From Hyphomonas sp. (GTDB lineage Bacteria > Pseudomonadota > Alphaproteobacteria > Caulobacterales > Hyphomonadaceae): DNA of 50,841 bases. Each line of letters starts with the position of its first letter. Position 1 is the stretch's first letter. Of the stretch, positions 1 to 11,577 are shown piece by piece. The position numbers were made by a program, and so were the translations under genes. The notes below the pieces were generated by a model. The model was not told where the DNA came from, ran no database searches, and saw nothing but the letters and a program-made list of their open reading frames with translations. Where the stretch lies: contig JBGSOU010000457.1 in NCBI GenBank assembly GCA_041739025.1, forward strand, positions 1-50,841, read 5' to 3'.

Positions 1-1
1 C

Positions 2-1237
2 CTCGTGCTGCGCTCAGGCCCGCCGGCGGAGGTTCTGGCGGATCTCATCGGCGAGACCGGCGCGCGGTCCGTCGTCTGGAACCGCCGGTACAGCGGGGCA
101 GAGCAGACAAACGACGCGCGCGTGAAGGCAGCTCTGAAGGCCGACGGGATTGCGGTCGAGAGCTTCAACGCCCGCCTGCTGCTGGAACCCTGGCACCTCA
201 AAACCGGAACAGGCGGCTACTACCGCGTGTTCACGCCGTTCTGGCGCGCGCTGAGGGCCAACTACGTACCGGCGCTGCCGCTGCCTGCGCCGGAGCGTCT
301 GCAAACGTGCGATGTTCCCGGTGAACATCTGGACGACTGGGGACTTCATCCAACGGCGCCCGATTGGTCGGGCGGGTTTTCCGGGGCTTGGACACCGGGC
401 GAAGACGGCGCATGCGCGATCCTCAAGGCCTTTCTGAACGGACCGATCAATGGCTATGCCGAAAGCCGCAACCGCCCAGACATCGCCACGTCAACCTCGC
501 GCCTTTCCCCGCATCTGCGGTTTGGCGAGATCGGACCAGCGCAGATCTGGCGCGCCGTGAAGGCGGGCGTCGAGACGGGCCGATTCGACGAACGCAGCGC
601 CGAGGTATTCCTGTCGGAGATTGCGTGGCGCGAATTTTCGCACGTGCTGCTGAACTTCAATCCGGCGCTGGCGCAAGACAACTACAATCCGAATTTCGAC
701 CGGATGCCGTGGCGCACTGATCCGGCGGCGTTGAGCAACTGGCAGCGCGGGATGACCGGCTACCCGATTGTCGATGCCGGCATGCGCGAGCTCTGGCATA
801 CCGGCTGGATGCACAACCGTGTGCGGATGATCGTGGCCTCGTTCCTGACCAAGCACCTCTTGCTGCACTGGCAAGCCGGCGAAGCCTGGTTCTGGGATAC
901 GCTGCTGGACGCAGACCCGGCCGCCAATGCCGCCAGCTGGCAATGGACAGCCGGCAGCGGCGCCGACGCGGCGCCCTATTTCCGCGTGTTCAATCCGATC
1001 ACCCAAGGCAGCAAGTTCGATGAGACGGGCGCCTATGTGCGCCGTTGGTGTCCGGAGCTCGCCCGGCTGCCGGACAAGTTCCTCCATTCGCCCTTCGACG
1101 CGCCGCCAGATGTATTGCAGGCTGCGGGCGTGACGCTGGGAAAAACCTATCCGAAGCCCATCGTCGAGCACGCCGCCGCGCGGCAACGTGCACTCGACGC
1201 TTACAAGATGACCAAAGAGGAGCAGGGGGCAGCATGA
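2..1237 (+). CDS. phrB: Deoxyribodipyrimidine (CPD) photolyase, 5'-truncated by the window edge
   Basis: Frame is open from the window start. Motifs TSRLSPHLRFGEI, TGYPIVDAGMRELWHTGWMHNRVRMIVASFLTKHL and WQWTAGSGADAAPYFRVFNP. Confidence 0.95.
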   Translation, partial: LVLRSGPPAEVLADLIGETGARSVVWNRRYSGAEQTNDARVKAALKADGIAVESFNARLLLEPWHLKTGTGGYYRVFTPFWRALRANYVPALPLPAPERLQTCDVPGEHLDDWGLHPTAPDWSGGFSGAWTPGEDGACAILKAFLNGPINGYAESRNRPDIATSTSRLSPHLRFGEIGPAQIWRAVKAGVETGRFDERSAEVFLSEIAWREFSHVLLNFNPALAQDNYNPNFDRMPWRTDPAALSNWQRGMTGYPIVDAGMRELWHTGWMHNRVRMIVASFLTKHLLLHWQAGEAWFWDTLLDADPAANAASWQWTAGSGADAAPYFRVFNPITQGSKFDETGAYVRRWCPELARLPDKFLHSPFDAPPDVLQAAGVTLGKTYPKPIVEHAAARQRALDAYKMTKEEQGAA

Positions 1238-2550
1238 CAAGAATAGCCATCATCGGGTCGGGCATCTCTGGGCTCGGCGCCGCCTGGGCCTTGCGCGATA
1301 CGGCTGACGTAACCCTGTTCGAGAAGGACGACCGGTTGGGCGGACATGCCTGCACGCATACCTTCGACTATGACGGCACACCTCTGAACGTCGATCTCGG
1401 ATTCATCGTTTATAACGGGCTCAACTATCCCAACCTGATCGGCTTCCTCGATGCGCTGCAGGTCGAGACGGAAGCCTCCGATATGAGCTTTTCGGTGACC
1501 GACCCGGAAGGATGGACCTGGGCCTCCACGCTGACCGGCATATTCGCCCAGAAGCGCAATCTGCTGAACCTGCGCTTTCACAAGTTCTGGCGGACGATCC
1601 TCGCGTTCAACGACACCGCGCGAAAGGATCTGGCGGCTGGCACGGTCGCGGACTCCACACTTCGCGACTGGCTGGACCGCCACGGCTTTGATGACGACTT
1701 CCGGACCAATTACATCCTGCCGATGGGGGCAGCGATCTGGTCCACGCCGGAAGACCGGATGCTGGACTACCCTGCCCTCAGCTTCTTCCAGTTTTTCGAC
1801 AACCACCGTCTGATGCACAAGGAACGTCCGAAATGGCGAACGGTGACAGGGGGCAGCCAGAGCTATGTCCGCAAGGTGGGCGAGGCGCTCGGCGCGCGGG
1901 TCCGGCTGCAGACACCGATCGACCGGGTACATCCGTTCGGAGACAAGATCGCCGTTGTTCCGGAAACAGGGCTTCCCGAGATTTTCGACCATGTGATTCT
2001 CGCCTGCCATTCGGATCAAGCCCTGCGCCTAGTCGAGCGAGACTTTGAAACGCCGGCTTTCTATCTGCGGTCCGTCAGGTATCGTCCGAACACGATCTAT
2101 CTGCACCGCGATCCGTCATTGATGCCGGCACGCAAGGCTGCCTGGGCCAGCTGGAACGTTCTCAAGCAGGCGAATGGCGAAATCTGTCTCACCTACTGGA
2201 TGAACAAGCTGCAGAACATCGATGCGCGGCGGCCCGTGTTCATCACGTTGAACCCGGAAAGGCCGCCTGCCCCGCACCTCACCTTCCATGAGTACAGCTT
2301 CGATCACCCGCAATTCGATGCGGCGGCTGAAGCGGCCGTGCGCTCGTTGAAGCGGGCTCAGGGTCAGGACGGGCTCTGGTTTGCGGGCGCCTGGATGGGG
2401 CGCGGTTTCCATGAAGACGGTCTCAAATCCGGACTTTCGCCCGCTCTGTCACTCGGCGGCGAAGTCCCCTGGACCGCGAAAGGCGTGGACATTCTGGAGC
2501 TCCGGCGCAACAATTTGGATCCAGAAGTGAAGGCCGAGGTATCAGCGTGA
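1234..2550 (+). CDS. FAD/NAD-binding oxidoreductase (amine-oxidase-like; UfaD/RSP1091-like fatty-acid desaturase candidate)
   Basis: ATG at 1234 overlaps the photolyase stop (ATGA). N-terminal Rossmann motif RIAIIGSGISGL; VDLGFIVYN, YPNL and GAWMGRGFHEDGL motifs; adjacent to DUF1365 and cfa-like genes. Confidence 0.85.
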   Translation: MTRIAIIGSGISGLGAAWALRDTADVTLFEKDDRLGGHACTHTFDYDGTPLNVDLGFIVYNGLNYPNLIGFLDALQVETEASDMSFSVTDPEGWTWASTLTGIFAQKRNLLNLRFHKFWRTILAFNDTARKDLAAGTVADSTLRDWLDRHGFDDDFRTNYILPMGAAIWSTPEDRMLDYPALSFFQFFDNHRLMHKERPKWRTVTGGSQSYVRKVGEALGARVRLQTPIDRVHPFGDKIAVVPETGLPEIFDHVILACHSDQALRLVERDFETPAFYLRSVRYRPNTIYLHRDPSLMPARKAAWASWNVLKQANGEICLTYWMNKLQNIDARRPVFITLNPERPPAPHLTFHEYSFDHPQFDAAAEAAVRSLKRAQGQDGLWFAGAWMGRGFHEDGLKSGLSPALSLGGEVPWTAKGVDILELRRNNLDPEVKAEVSA

Positions 2551-3332
2551 CACCACCCCCGCTGAGGCTCTGGAAAGGGCAGACGCACCACAAGCGCTTT
2601 GTTCCATTCGAAAGAGCCTTCAGCTACGAGATTGCCCTGATCGATCTGGACATCGACCGGCTTGAGGAAGCTGGCCGGATGTCATCGCTCTTTTCGGTCA
2701 ACAGTCCCGGCTTGTTCTCGTTTCAGGAACGCGACCATGGCTCGCAGGATCCGTCGGTCAGCCTGCGATGCTGGGCCGAAGGTCAGTTCGCCGCGGCGGG
2801 TGTCGATCTGCGCGCCGGCACGATCCGCCTGGTGACCTTTGCACGCCATTTCTTCTACAAGTTTGCGCCGCTGTCGCTCTGGTACGGCTATGCGCCGGAC
2901 GGCAAACTTGCGGGCATCATCTATGAGGTGCGCAACACGTTTGGCGAGCGCCACTGCTACGTTGCCGCCATCAGCGGCCAACGCTCGGTGCACTTGGCGC
3001 CAAAGAGCTTTCACGTCTCCCCCTTCTTCGACGTGAGCGGCCAATACAGGTTTACGCTGCGCGAACCTGCCGGAACGCTCGATGTGGTTGTGGAAAACAT
3101 GAAAGATGGCGAGCGCTCACATCTGGCGAACATCAAGGCGCGTATGAAGGAGGCAACAACTGCCAATCTGATGAGACTTGCCTTGACCAACCCCCTGTCG
3201 TCCCTCGGCGTCACGTTTGCCATACACTGGCAGGCCTTGCTCTTGTGGATGCGGGGCGCAAAGTACCATTCTCGTCCTTCGAAACCCGAAGACATCGCAA
3301 CCGTTGCTGCCTCAGACACAACCGTCATTTGA
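2547..3332 (+). CDS. DUF1365 family protein (UfaO/RSP1090-like)
   Basis: GTGA overlap with the upstream stop. Motifs H-x-R-x-x-P, YEVRNTFGERHCY, KSFHVSPF and IHWQALLLW. Confidence 0.88.
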   Translation: MTPPPLRLWKGQTHHKRFVPFERAFSYEIALIDLDIDRLEEAGRMSSLFSVNSPGLFSFQERDHGSQDPSVSLRCWAEGQFAAAGVDLRAGTIRLVTFARHFFYKFAPLSLWYGYAPDGKLAGIIYEVRNTFGERHCYVAAISGQRSVHLAPKSFHVSPFFDVSGQYRFTLREPAGTLDVVVENMKDGERSHLANIKARMKEATTANLMRLALTNPLSSLGVTFAIHWQALLLWMRGAKYHSRPSKPEDIATVAASDTTVI

Positions 3333-3354
3333 CGCCAGAACCGGAAGCTTTTGC

Positions 3355-4581
3355 ATGAGTACAGTGATCATCGCCACCCCGCAGACAATCCGGCATCTGA
3401 AAGGCGCTTCTGCCAGTTTCAGAATTGCTGCGATGGTGTTGCTCCGTACAAAGAAGGGAACCCTCAACTTCGTACTGCCGAATGGCACGCAGGTACAGTT
3501 CCAGACTGAGGGCGAGGGCCCTGTTGCAACCATCAATGTCCACAACTTCCGATTCATCAACCGCGCGCTTTCCGGCGGCGATGTGGCGTTCGCCGAATCC
3601 TACATGGACGGAGACTGGTCAACGCCGGACCTGACAGCCGTGTTGCGCTTCTTTTCCGCGAATTTCGATTCCGCCGCACGCCTGTCGCGCGGCAATATCT
3701 TTGTGCGTTCGTTCAACATGGTGCGGCACGCGCTGAGCCGGCGCAATTCGAAAGCCGGCGCGAAGAAAAACATCATGGCACACTACGATCTCGGAAACGC
3801 CTTCTACGAAAAGTGGCTGGATCCGAGCATGACCTATTCGTCCGCCTACTTCCAAAGTCCGAACCAGTCGCTCGAGCAGGGCCAGATGCACAAATACAGT
3901 GAGATCTGTGACCGCATCCAGGCTGGACCGGATTCTCACATTCTGGAGATCGGGTGCGGCTGGGGCGGCTTTGCAGAATTCGCCGCGAAGCATCGCGGAA
4001 GCCGCGTGACGTGCCTGACGATCTCACCCGCCCAGAAAGCCTACGCCGAAGAGCGGATGCGCAGGAACGGGCTCAGCGACCGCGTCGAGATCCGTCTCGA
4101 AGACTACCGCGACCATGTCGGCACCTATGACGGCGTCGCATCCATCGAAATGTTCGAAGCGGTTGGCGAACCGTATTGGCCAAGTTATTTCGCCAAGGTG
4201 TTTTCGTCGCTGAAGGACGGCGCCCGGGCTGCGCTTCAGATCATCACTATCGATGACGAGCTTTTCCCGCGCTACCGCCAGCGTGTCGATTTCATCCAGC
4301 AGCACATCTTTCCCGGCGGCATGCTGATCAGCGAGAAAGTGCTCAAGGAACAGCTCAGTGCAGCGGGCCTGCGCCATGACGGCGTCGCCTATTTCGGTCA
4401 GGACTATGCGCGCACCTGCCGCGAGTGGTCGCGCGCTTTCAACGGGCGCTGGGACGAAATCCGCGAGCACGGTTTCGACGAGCAGTTCCGCCGGCTCTGG
4501 AACTTCTATCTCAGCTATTGCGAGGCAGGGTTCAGCGATGGCCGGATCAATGTCGGCCAGTTCCAGCTGACGCGGACCTGA
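3355..4581 (+). CDS. cfa: Cyclopropane-fatty-acyl-phospholipid synthase family SAM methyltransferase (CfaS/UfaM-like)
   Basis: Motifs NIMAHYDLGNAFY, MTYSSA, LEIGCGWGG, SIEMFEAVG, IFPGG and W-x-FYLSYCEAGF. Start taken at ATG 3355. Confidence 0.92.
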   Translation: MSTVIIATPQTIRHLKGASASFRIAAMVLLRTKKGTLNFVLPNGTQVQFQTEGEGPVATINVHNFRFINRALSGGDVAFAESYMDGDWSTPDLTAVLRFFSANFDSAARLSRGNIFVRSFNMVRHALSRRNSKAGAKKNIMAHYDLGNAFYEKWLDPSMTYSSAYFQSPNQSLEQGQMHKYSEICDRIQAGPDSHILEIGCGWGGFAEFAAKHRGSRVTCLTISPAQKAYAEERMRRNGLSDRVEIRLEDYRDHVGTYDGVASIEMFEAVGEPYWPSYFAKVFSSLKDGARAALQIITIDDELFPRYRQRVDFIQQHIFPGGMLISEKVLKEQLSAAGLRHDGVAYFGQDYARTCREWSRAFNGRWDEIREHGFDEQFRRLWNFYLSYCEAGFSDGRINVGQFQLTRT

Positions 4582-4582
4582 C

Positions 4583-6753
<2,171 letters not shown>

Positions 6754-6787
6754 GGATCAGGGCCCGGCTACTTTTGAATTTCGCGCT

Positions 6788-6816
6788 CGCTTATCCCTGT
6801 TAGGGGCATTCGCCAA
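6788..6816 (-). promoter_or_regulatory. Putative sigma70-type promoter of secG(-pyrG)
   Basis: On the minus strand, TTGGCG-17 nt-TAAGCG in the tpiA-secG intergenic region. The -10 match is weak. Confidence 0.35.
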
Positions 6817-6826
6817 GCCGGTCGTA

Positions 6827-7585
6827 TCACCCTTCGAGGGCGCACGCCGTCGTGTAGATGGCGAGGAAGTCCGCCGCCTTCAAGCTCGCGCCGCCAATCA
6901 GCCCTCCATCGACATTGGAAATCGCCAGGATTTCGGCTGCATTTCCCGGGTTCAGGCTGCCGCCATAGAGGATTCGGACCGCGTTGCCCGCTGGGCCGAA
7001 CCGGTTGGCCAGGAACCCGCGAACGTGGTCGTGGACTTCGGCAATCTGTTCGGGCGTCGCAACTTTGCCGGTCCCGATGGCCCAGAGGGGCTCATAGGCG
7101 ATGACAAAGGCGGACGCCGCTTCGAGACCGGCGAGGGAGCCCGTTAACTGGCGCTCGATCACCTGCAAAGTCTCACCCGATGTGCGCTCGCCGGGCGTTT
7201 CGCCGACGCAAATGATGGGCACAAGGCCCGATGCGATGGCGGCGGCGGCCTGCGCTGCGACAATTTCGTCGGATTCGCCGTGAAGGATGCGCCGCTCGGA
7301 GTGACCGGCGATCACATAGGACGCCCCCGCGTCCTGCAGCATCTGGGCAGAAACGTCCCCTGTGAAGGCGCCTTTTTGCTGGAAATGGCAGGTTTGGCCT
7401 CCGATCCGCAGCGCCGAGCCATCAGCCGTTGCTGTCGCCGCCGCCAGAAGCGTCGCCGGCACGCAGAGCAGGGTCTCGGGCGCGGTCTCTTCACCTTTGA
7501 CGGCGGCGCACACTTCACGTACCGTTTGAAGATCGGCGCGCAGCCCGTTCATCTTCCAGTTTCCGGCGATAAGCTTCCGATTCAT
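6827..7585 (-). CDS. tpiA: Triosephosphate isomerase
   Basis: LIAGNWKMN, GAFTG, GHSERR, IAYEPLWAIGTG, LYGGS and GGASL. Start at ATG 7585. Confidence 0.98.
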   Translation of the reverse strand: MNRKLIAGNWKMNGLRADLQTVREVCAAVKGEETAPETLLCVPATLLAAATATADGSALRIGGQTCHFQQKGAFTGDVSAQMLQDAGASYVIAGHSERRILHGESDEIVAAQAAAAIASGLVPIICVGETPGERTSGETLQVIERQLTGSLAGLEAASAFVIAYEPLWAIGTGKVATPEQIAEVHDHVRGFLANRFGPAGNAVRILYGGSLNPGNAAEILAISNVDGGLIGGASLKAADFLAIYTTACALEG

Positions 7586-7673
7586 GCCGCGTTCCCCGTC
7601 TTGCAAGTAGCCGGATGGTCGCCTAGCAAGCTGTGAGCCAACCGGCAAACCCAATCCAAAGAGCCGCAAACCC

Positions 7674-9587
7674 ATGATTGCCATTATGAAACGACTGACC
7701 AATTCGGTCTTCGGCAAGATCATTCTTATGGTCATCATTGTGGGCATGGCATTTTTTGGCGTCGATTCTGTGGTCAACGTCCTTCGCAGCGGCCTCGGAT
7801 CGAACGTCGCACAGGCCGGTACGCGTGGCTTTGATCCGGCCGACTTGGATCGCCGGGTCGAGGCGGTCCTGCGCAACATGAACACGACCTCCGAACAGCC
7901 GGTGACCAAGACCGAAGCCCTCACCAACGGACTGATTGACCAGATTTTCGAGTCTGAATCAGCACGGATCACCGTTCTCGGTTATGGCGCAAGCCTTGGT
8001 GTTTCACCGTCAACGGACGCCGTGCTGGAGCAGACCAAGTCGATCGAGGCCTTCCAGAACCCTTTGACGGGCGAGCTGGACCCAACCCTGCTGCGCCAGC
8101 GTCTGCAACAACTCGGCTTCACGCTCCGCGAATTCGAGGATCAGATCGGGGACGACCTGATGATCCAGACAATGCAGTCGGCTGCAACGGCGGCAGTTTC
8201 AGCGCCTCAGATCCTCAGCGACGTACAGATCCTGTATTTCGGCGAAGCCCGGAACGTCTCCTGGTTCTTCTTTGATACGCTGAGGGGCACGCCGCCCATC
8301 GAGCCGACCGACGAAGAGGTGAAGGCGTACTACGACACACATCTCGAACAGCTGAAACAGCCTGAGCGCCGGGGCATCGACCTTCTCAGAATGTCGGCCG
8401 AAGACTTCATCGGCGAAGTCGAAGTGACCGATCAGGAAATCGCAACGATCTATGAAGCCACCAAATCCGAACGCTTTTCGGACCCTGATCAGCGCACCTA
8501 TGCCGAACTCGTGTTCGACAATCGCGATGCGGCCCGGGCCGCGTTCGGCGTTCTCGCCGGTGGCGGCGATCCGAACGCCGTGGTTGGCGCCGTTTCCAAC
8601 ACTCTGAAAACCAGCCGCGCCGCGGAAGTGTCAGATGAAATGCTCCGCGACGCAATGTTTGGCGCCGGCAAGCAAAGCGGCGCCATGTTTGGCCCGCGCG
8701 AAATCAACGGGCAGTGGATCGTGGCACGGCTGATCTCGGTTCAACCCGGCCCCGTGAAGCCGATCGAAGAGGTCTCGGACATCATTCGCGACGAACTTGC
8801 CCGCGAGCGCGCCCAGATCCTTTTCTCGGAGAAAATGGAAACCCTCGATGAGGCCCTGGCGGCCGGTTTCGATCTCGGCCAGGTCGCCGGCGAACTCAAA
8901 GTCCCGGTGATGAGCTTCATTGAAGTCGACGCGAACGGGGTGTCCAAGACCGGCCGCCAGTTCGGCATGCTGAATGAAGCTAAAGACGCGCTCGCGCAGG
9001 CCTTCAGGCTGAAAGCCGGAGAGCTGACCAGCCGCTTCGATACGCCGACGGCGATCTTTGTTGCGACAACGCGCGAGATCGTTCCCGCCTCGACACCGGC
9101 CTTTGAAGATATCCAGACCAGCGTTCGCGCGCTGCTCGTCTCCGATCTCCAGAGCTCGGCGAGCCAGGCGGCAGTGACGGGCCTGATCGATTCAATATCG
9201 TCCGGCAACGAGACATTCGAACAGGCTGCAACCCGAACGGAAGCAGTCATCGAGACGCTGCCTCAGTCGGTCACCCGTTCGAATGCGGGCAATGCCGGAA
9301 TTCCGGGCCCGATCCAGCAAGCGATGTTCAGTACTCAGCTGGGCAAGGTCGTCAACCTGCCGACCGGGACGCCCAATATTCACGTGATCCTGACGGTCAA
9401 GAGCATCGAGCCGCCCAGCGAGGCCGCTATGGCGGGTATCGGCGCAGAACTGTCTGCGGCCATGTCGAACACGCTGGCACAGGATCTCGTCCAAGCCCTG
9501 CAAGCCGAAATCTCCACCGCTATGAAACTCCGCACAAATCAGGCTGCACTCGCCGCTTACAAACGGTCGATCTCGGAGACGCAATGA
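7674..9587 (+). CDS. ppiD: PpiD-like membrane-anchored periplasmic chaperone (SurA N-terminal/parvulin-like domains)
   Basis: N-terminal TM anchor, about 637 aa, motifs EVKAYY...PERR and ATKSERFSDPDQR, and the conserved position divergent from tpiA and upstream of trpE. Confidence 0.82.
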   Translation: MIAIMKRLTNSVFGKIILMVIIVGMAFFGVDSVVNVLRSGLGSNVAQAGTRGFDPADLDRRVEAVLRNMNTTSEQPVTKTEALTNGLIDQIFESESARITVLGYGASLGVSPSTDAVLEQTKSIEAFQNPLTGELDPTLLRQRLQQLGFTLREFEDQIGDDLMIQTMQSAATAAVSAPQILSDVQILYFGEARNVSWFFFDTLRGTPPIEPTDEEVKAYYDTHLEQLKQPERRGIDLLRMSAEDFIGEVEVTDQEIATIYEATKSERFSDPDQRTYAELVFDNRDAARAAFGVLAGGGDPNAVVGAVSNTLKTSRAAEVSDEMLRDAMFGAGKQSGAMFGPREINGQWIVARLISVQPGPVKPIEEVSDIIRDELARERAQILFSEKMETLDEALAAGFDLGQVAGELKVPVMSFIEVDANGVSKTGRQFGMLNEAKDALAQAFRLKAGELTSRFDTPTAIFVATTREIVPASTPAFEDIQTSVRALLVSDLQSSASQAAVTGLIDSISSGNETFEQAATRTEAVIETLPQSVTRSNAGNAGIPGPIQQAMFSTQLGKVVNLPTGTPNIHVILTVKSIEPPSEAAMAGIGAELSAAMSNTLAQDLVQALQAEISTAMKLRTNQAALAAYKRSISETQ

Positions 9588-11008
9588 CCGCGCGGCTGAT
9601 CATCCGGCGCCGGATTGGAGACATCGAAACACCCGTTGGCGCGATGCTCAAGCTGGGCGCCGAATTGCCGGGCAGCTTTCTTTTCGAATCCATTGCGGGC
9701 GGCGAACGCCTTGGCCGATACTCGTTCATCGGCATCGAACCCGGCCGCTGGTTTCGGATAAACGATGGCGTGGCGGAGACGAGCCGGTCGCCGGACTTCG
9801 CTGATGCGTCCGTGGAGCCCGGTACGCCAATTGATGCCCTCCGGCGATTTGTGGCGTCTGCACGCGCCGAGGCTCCCGAAGGCATTCCGCCGATGGCATC
9901 GGGGGCGTTCGGTTATCTCGGTTACGACATGATCCAGTACGTCGAACCGGTGGCCATCACCAAGCCCGACGTGCTGGGTGTGCCTGAGGCACTGCTTCTC
10001 GTTCCCCGTGTCGTCGTCATCTTCGATCATCTGTACCAAGAGCTTCTGATCGTAGGTCGCCAGGACGATGAAGACAGCGCTGATATTGAACACTTGCTGG
10101 ACGAGGTTGAAGTCCGGCTTGAGCGGCTCGCCTCGACACCGCCGAAAGCCGGAGAGGCGGTGCCGGTTGCATTGACCTCGGACACGAGCAAGGAACGTTA
10201 CTTCGAGATCGTCGAGAAATGCCGCGACTACATCAAGGCCGGTGACATTTTCCAGGTCGTTCCAAGCCAGCGCTTCACAACGCCTTTTGCGCGCAAGCCG
10301 ATCAGCTTTTACCGCGCCCTGCGCCGCCTCAACCCGTCTGCATTCATGTTTCACATGAACCTGGGCGACGTGTGCCTGGTCGGATCAAGCCCCGAAATCC
10401 TGGTCCGCGTTCGGGATGGACGGGTGGCGATCCGCCCGATCGCCGGAACGCGCCCGCGCAGCGGCGACGCTGAGGAAGACGCCCGCCGCGCTGAGGACCT
10501 GCTTGGAGACCCGAAGGAGCGCGCCGAACACCTGATGCTGCTGGATCTCGGCCGCAATGATGTCGGACGAGTCGCAGCTTACGGCAGCGTGACTGTAACC
10601 GAGAGCTTCGTCGTCGAGCGCTACAGTCATGTGATGCACATCGTCAGCCATGTCGAAGGGGATCTGCGCGAGGGACTCGATGCCGTGGACGCGCTGCTTG
10701 CGGGATTTCCCGCCGGCACGGTTTCCGGCGCGCCGAAGATCCGGGCCATGCAGATCATTGACGAGATGGAGACATCACGGCGCGGCATTTATGGTGGCGC
10801 GGTCGGCTATTTTGGCTGGAACGGCGATCTAGACACCTGCATCGCGTTGCGGACGGCGGTCATCAAGGACGGCCAGTTGCACATCCAGGCTGGCGGCGGC
10901 GTCGTGCTCGATTCGGTTCCGCAATACGAGTATGATGAGACGGTGCACAAGTCAGGGGCGCTGCGCCGAGCTGCGGAACTTTCAGCGGCCTATGAGTTCG
11001 ACCAATGA
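9584..11008 (+). CDS. trpE: Anthranilate synthase component I
   Basis: FLFES...GRYSFIG, GDIFQVVPSQR, GSSPE, PIAGTRPR, KERAEHLMLLDLGRND and FPAGTVSGAPKIRAM. Confidence 0.97.
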   Translation: MTARLIIRRRIGDIETPVGAMLKLGAELPGSFLFESIAGGERLGRYSFIGIEPGRWFRINDGVAETSRSPDFADASVEPGTPIDALRRFVASARAEAPEGIPPMASGAFGYLGYDMIQYVEPVAITKPDVLGVPEALLLVPRVVVIFDHLYQELLIVGRQDDEDSADIEHLLDEVEVRLERLASTPPKAGEAVPVALTSDTSKERYFEIVEKCRDYIKAGDIFQVVPSQRFTTPFARKPISFYRALRRLNPSAFMFHMNLGDVCLVGSSPEILVRVRDGRVAIRPIAGTRPRSGDAEEDARRAEDLLGDPKERAEHLMLLDLGRNDVGRVAAYGSVTVTESFVVERYSHVMHIVSHVEGDLREGLDAVDALLAGFPAGTVSGAPKIRAMQIIDEMETSRRGIYGGAVGYFGWNGDLDTCIALRTAVIKDGQLHIQAGGGVVLDSVPQYEYDETVHKSGALRRAAELSAAYEFDQ

Positions 11009-11577
11009 TCCTCGTCGTCGACAACTATGACAGCTTCACGTGGAATCTGGTTCACTATCTAGAAGAACTGGGCAGCCGCACACGCGTCATCCGGAACGAC
11101 GAACTGTCGGCCGAGGAGGCGCTCGCCTTGAAGCCGGATGCGATCTTGCTGTCGCCCGGACCGTGCACACCGAATGAAGCGGGGATATGCCTTGAGCTGA
11201 TCCGCCAAGCGCCGGATGATCTTCCGATCCTTGGTGTCTGCCTCGGGCATCAGGCCATCGGCCAGGCCTTTGGCGGTGATGTCGTCGGCGCGCGCGAAAT
11301 CCGGCACGGCAAGCTGTCGCAGATCAAGCATGCTGGCGGCGGCCTGTTCGAAGGACTGCCTTCCGAGTTCGCTATCGTGCGCTACCATTCCCTTGCGGTT
11401 CAGCCGTCTACGCTGCCGGCTGTTCTCATCGCTGATGCGCATACGGAGGATGGCGAGATCATGGCGATCCATCACCGCTCGCGGCCCATATTCGGCGTTC
11501 AATTCCATCCGGAAAGCATCCTCACCGAGCACGGGCACGCCCTTTTGAAGAATTTTCTATTGCAGATACCGAAATGA
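11005..11577 (+). CDS. trpG: Anthranilate synthase component II (glutamine amidotransferase)
   Basis: VDNYDSFT, SPGPC, GVCLGHQ, RYHSL and QFHPES. Confidence 0.97.
   Translation: MILVVDNYDSFTWNLVHYLEELGSRTRVIRNDELSAEEALALKPDAILLSPGPCTPNEAGICLELIRQAPDDLPILGVCLGHQAIGQAFGGDVVGAREIRHGKLSQIKHAGGGLFEGLPSEFAIVRYHSLAVQPSTLPAVLIADAHTEDGEIMAIHHRSRPIFGVQFHPESILTEHGHALLKNFLLQIPK

Noticed and set aside
6791-6806. TTATCCCTGTTAGGGG superficially resembling an I-SceI site
   Set aside because: It does not match the 18-bp site and is better explained as promoter spacer sequence.
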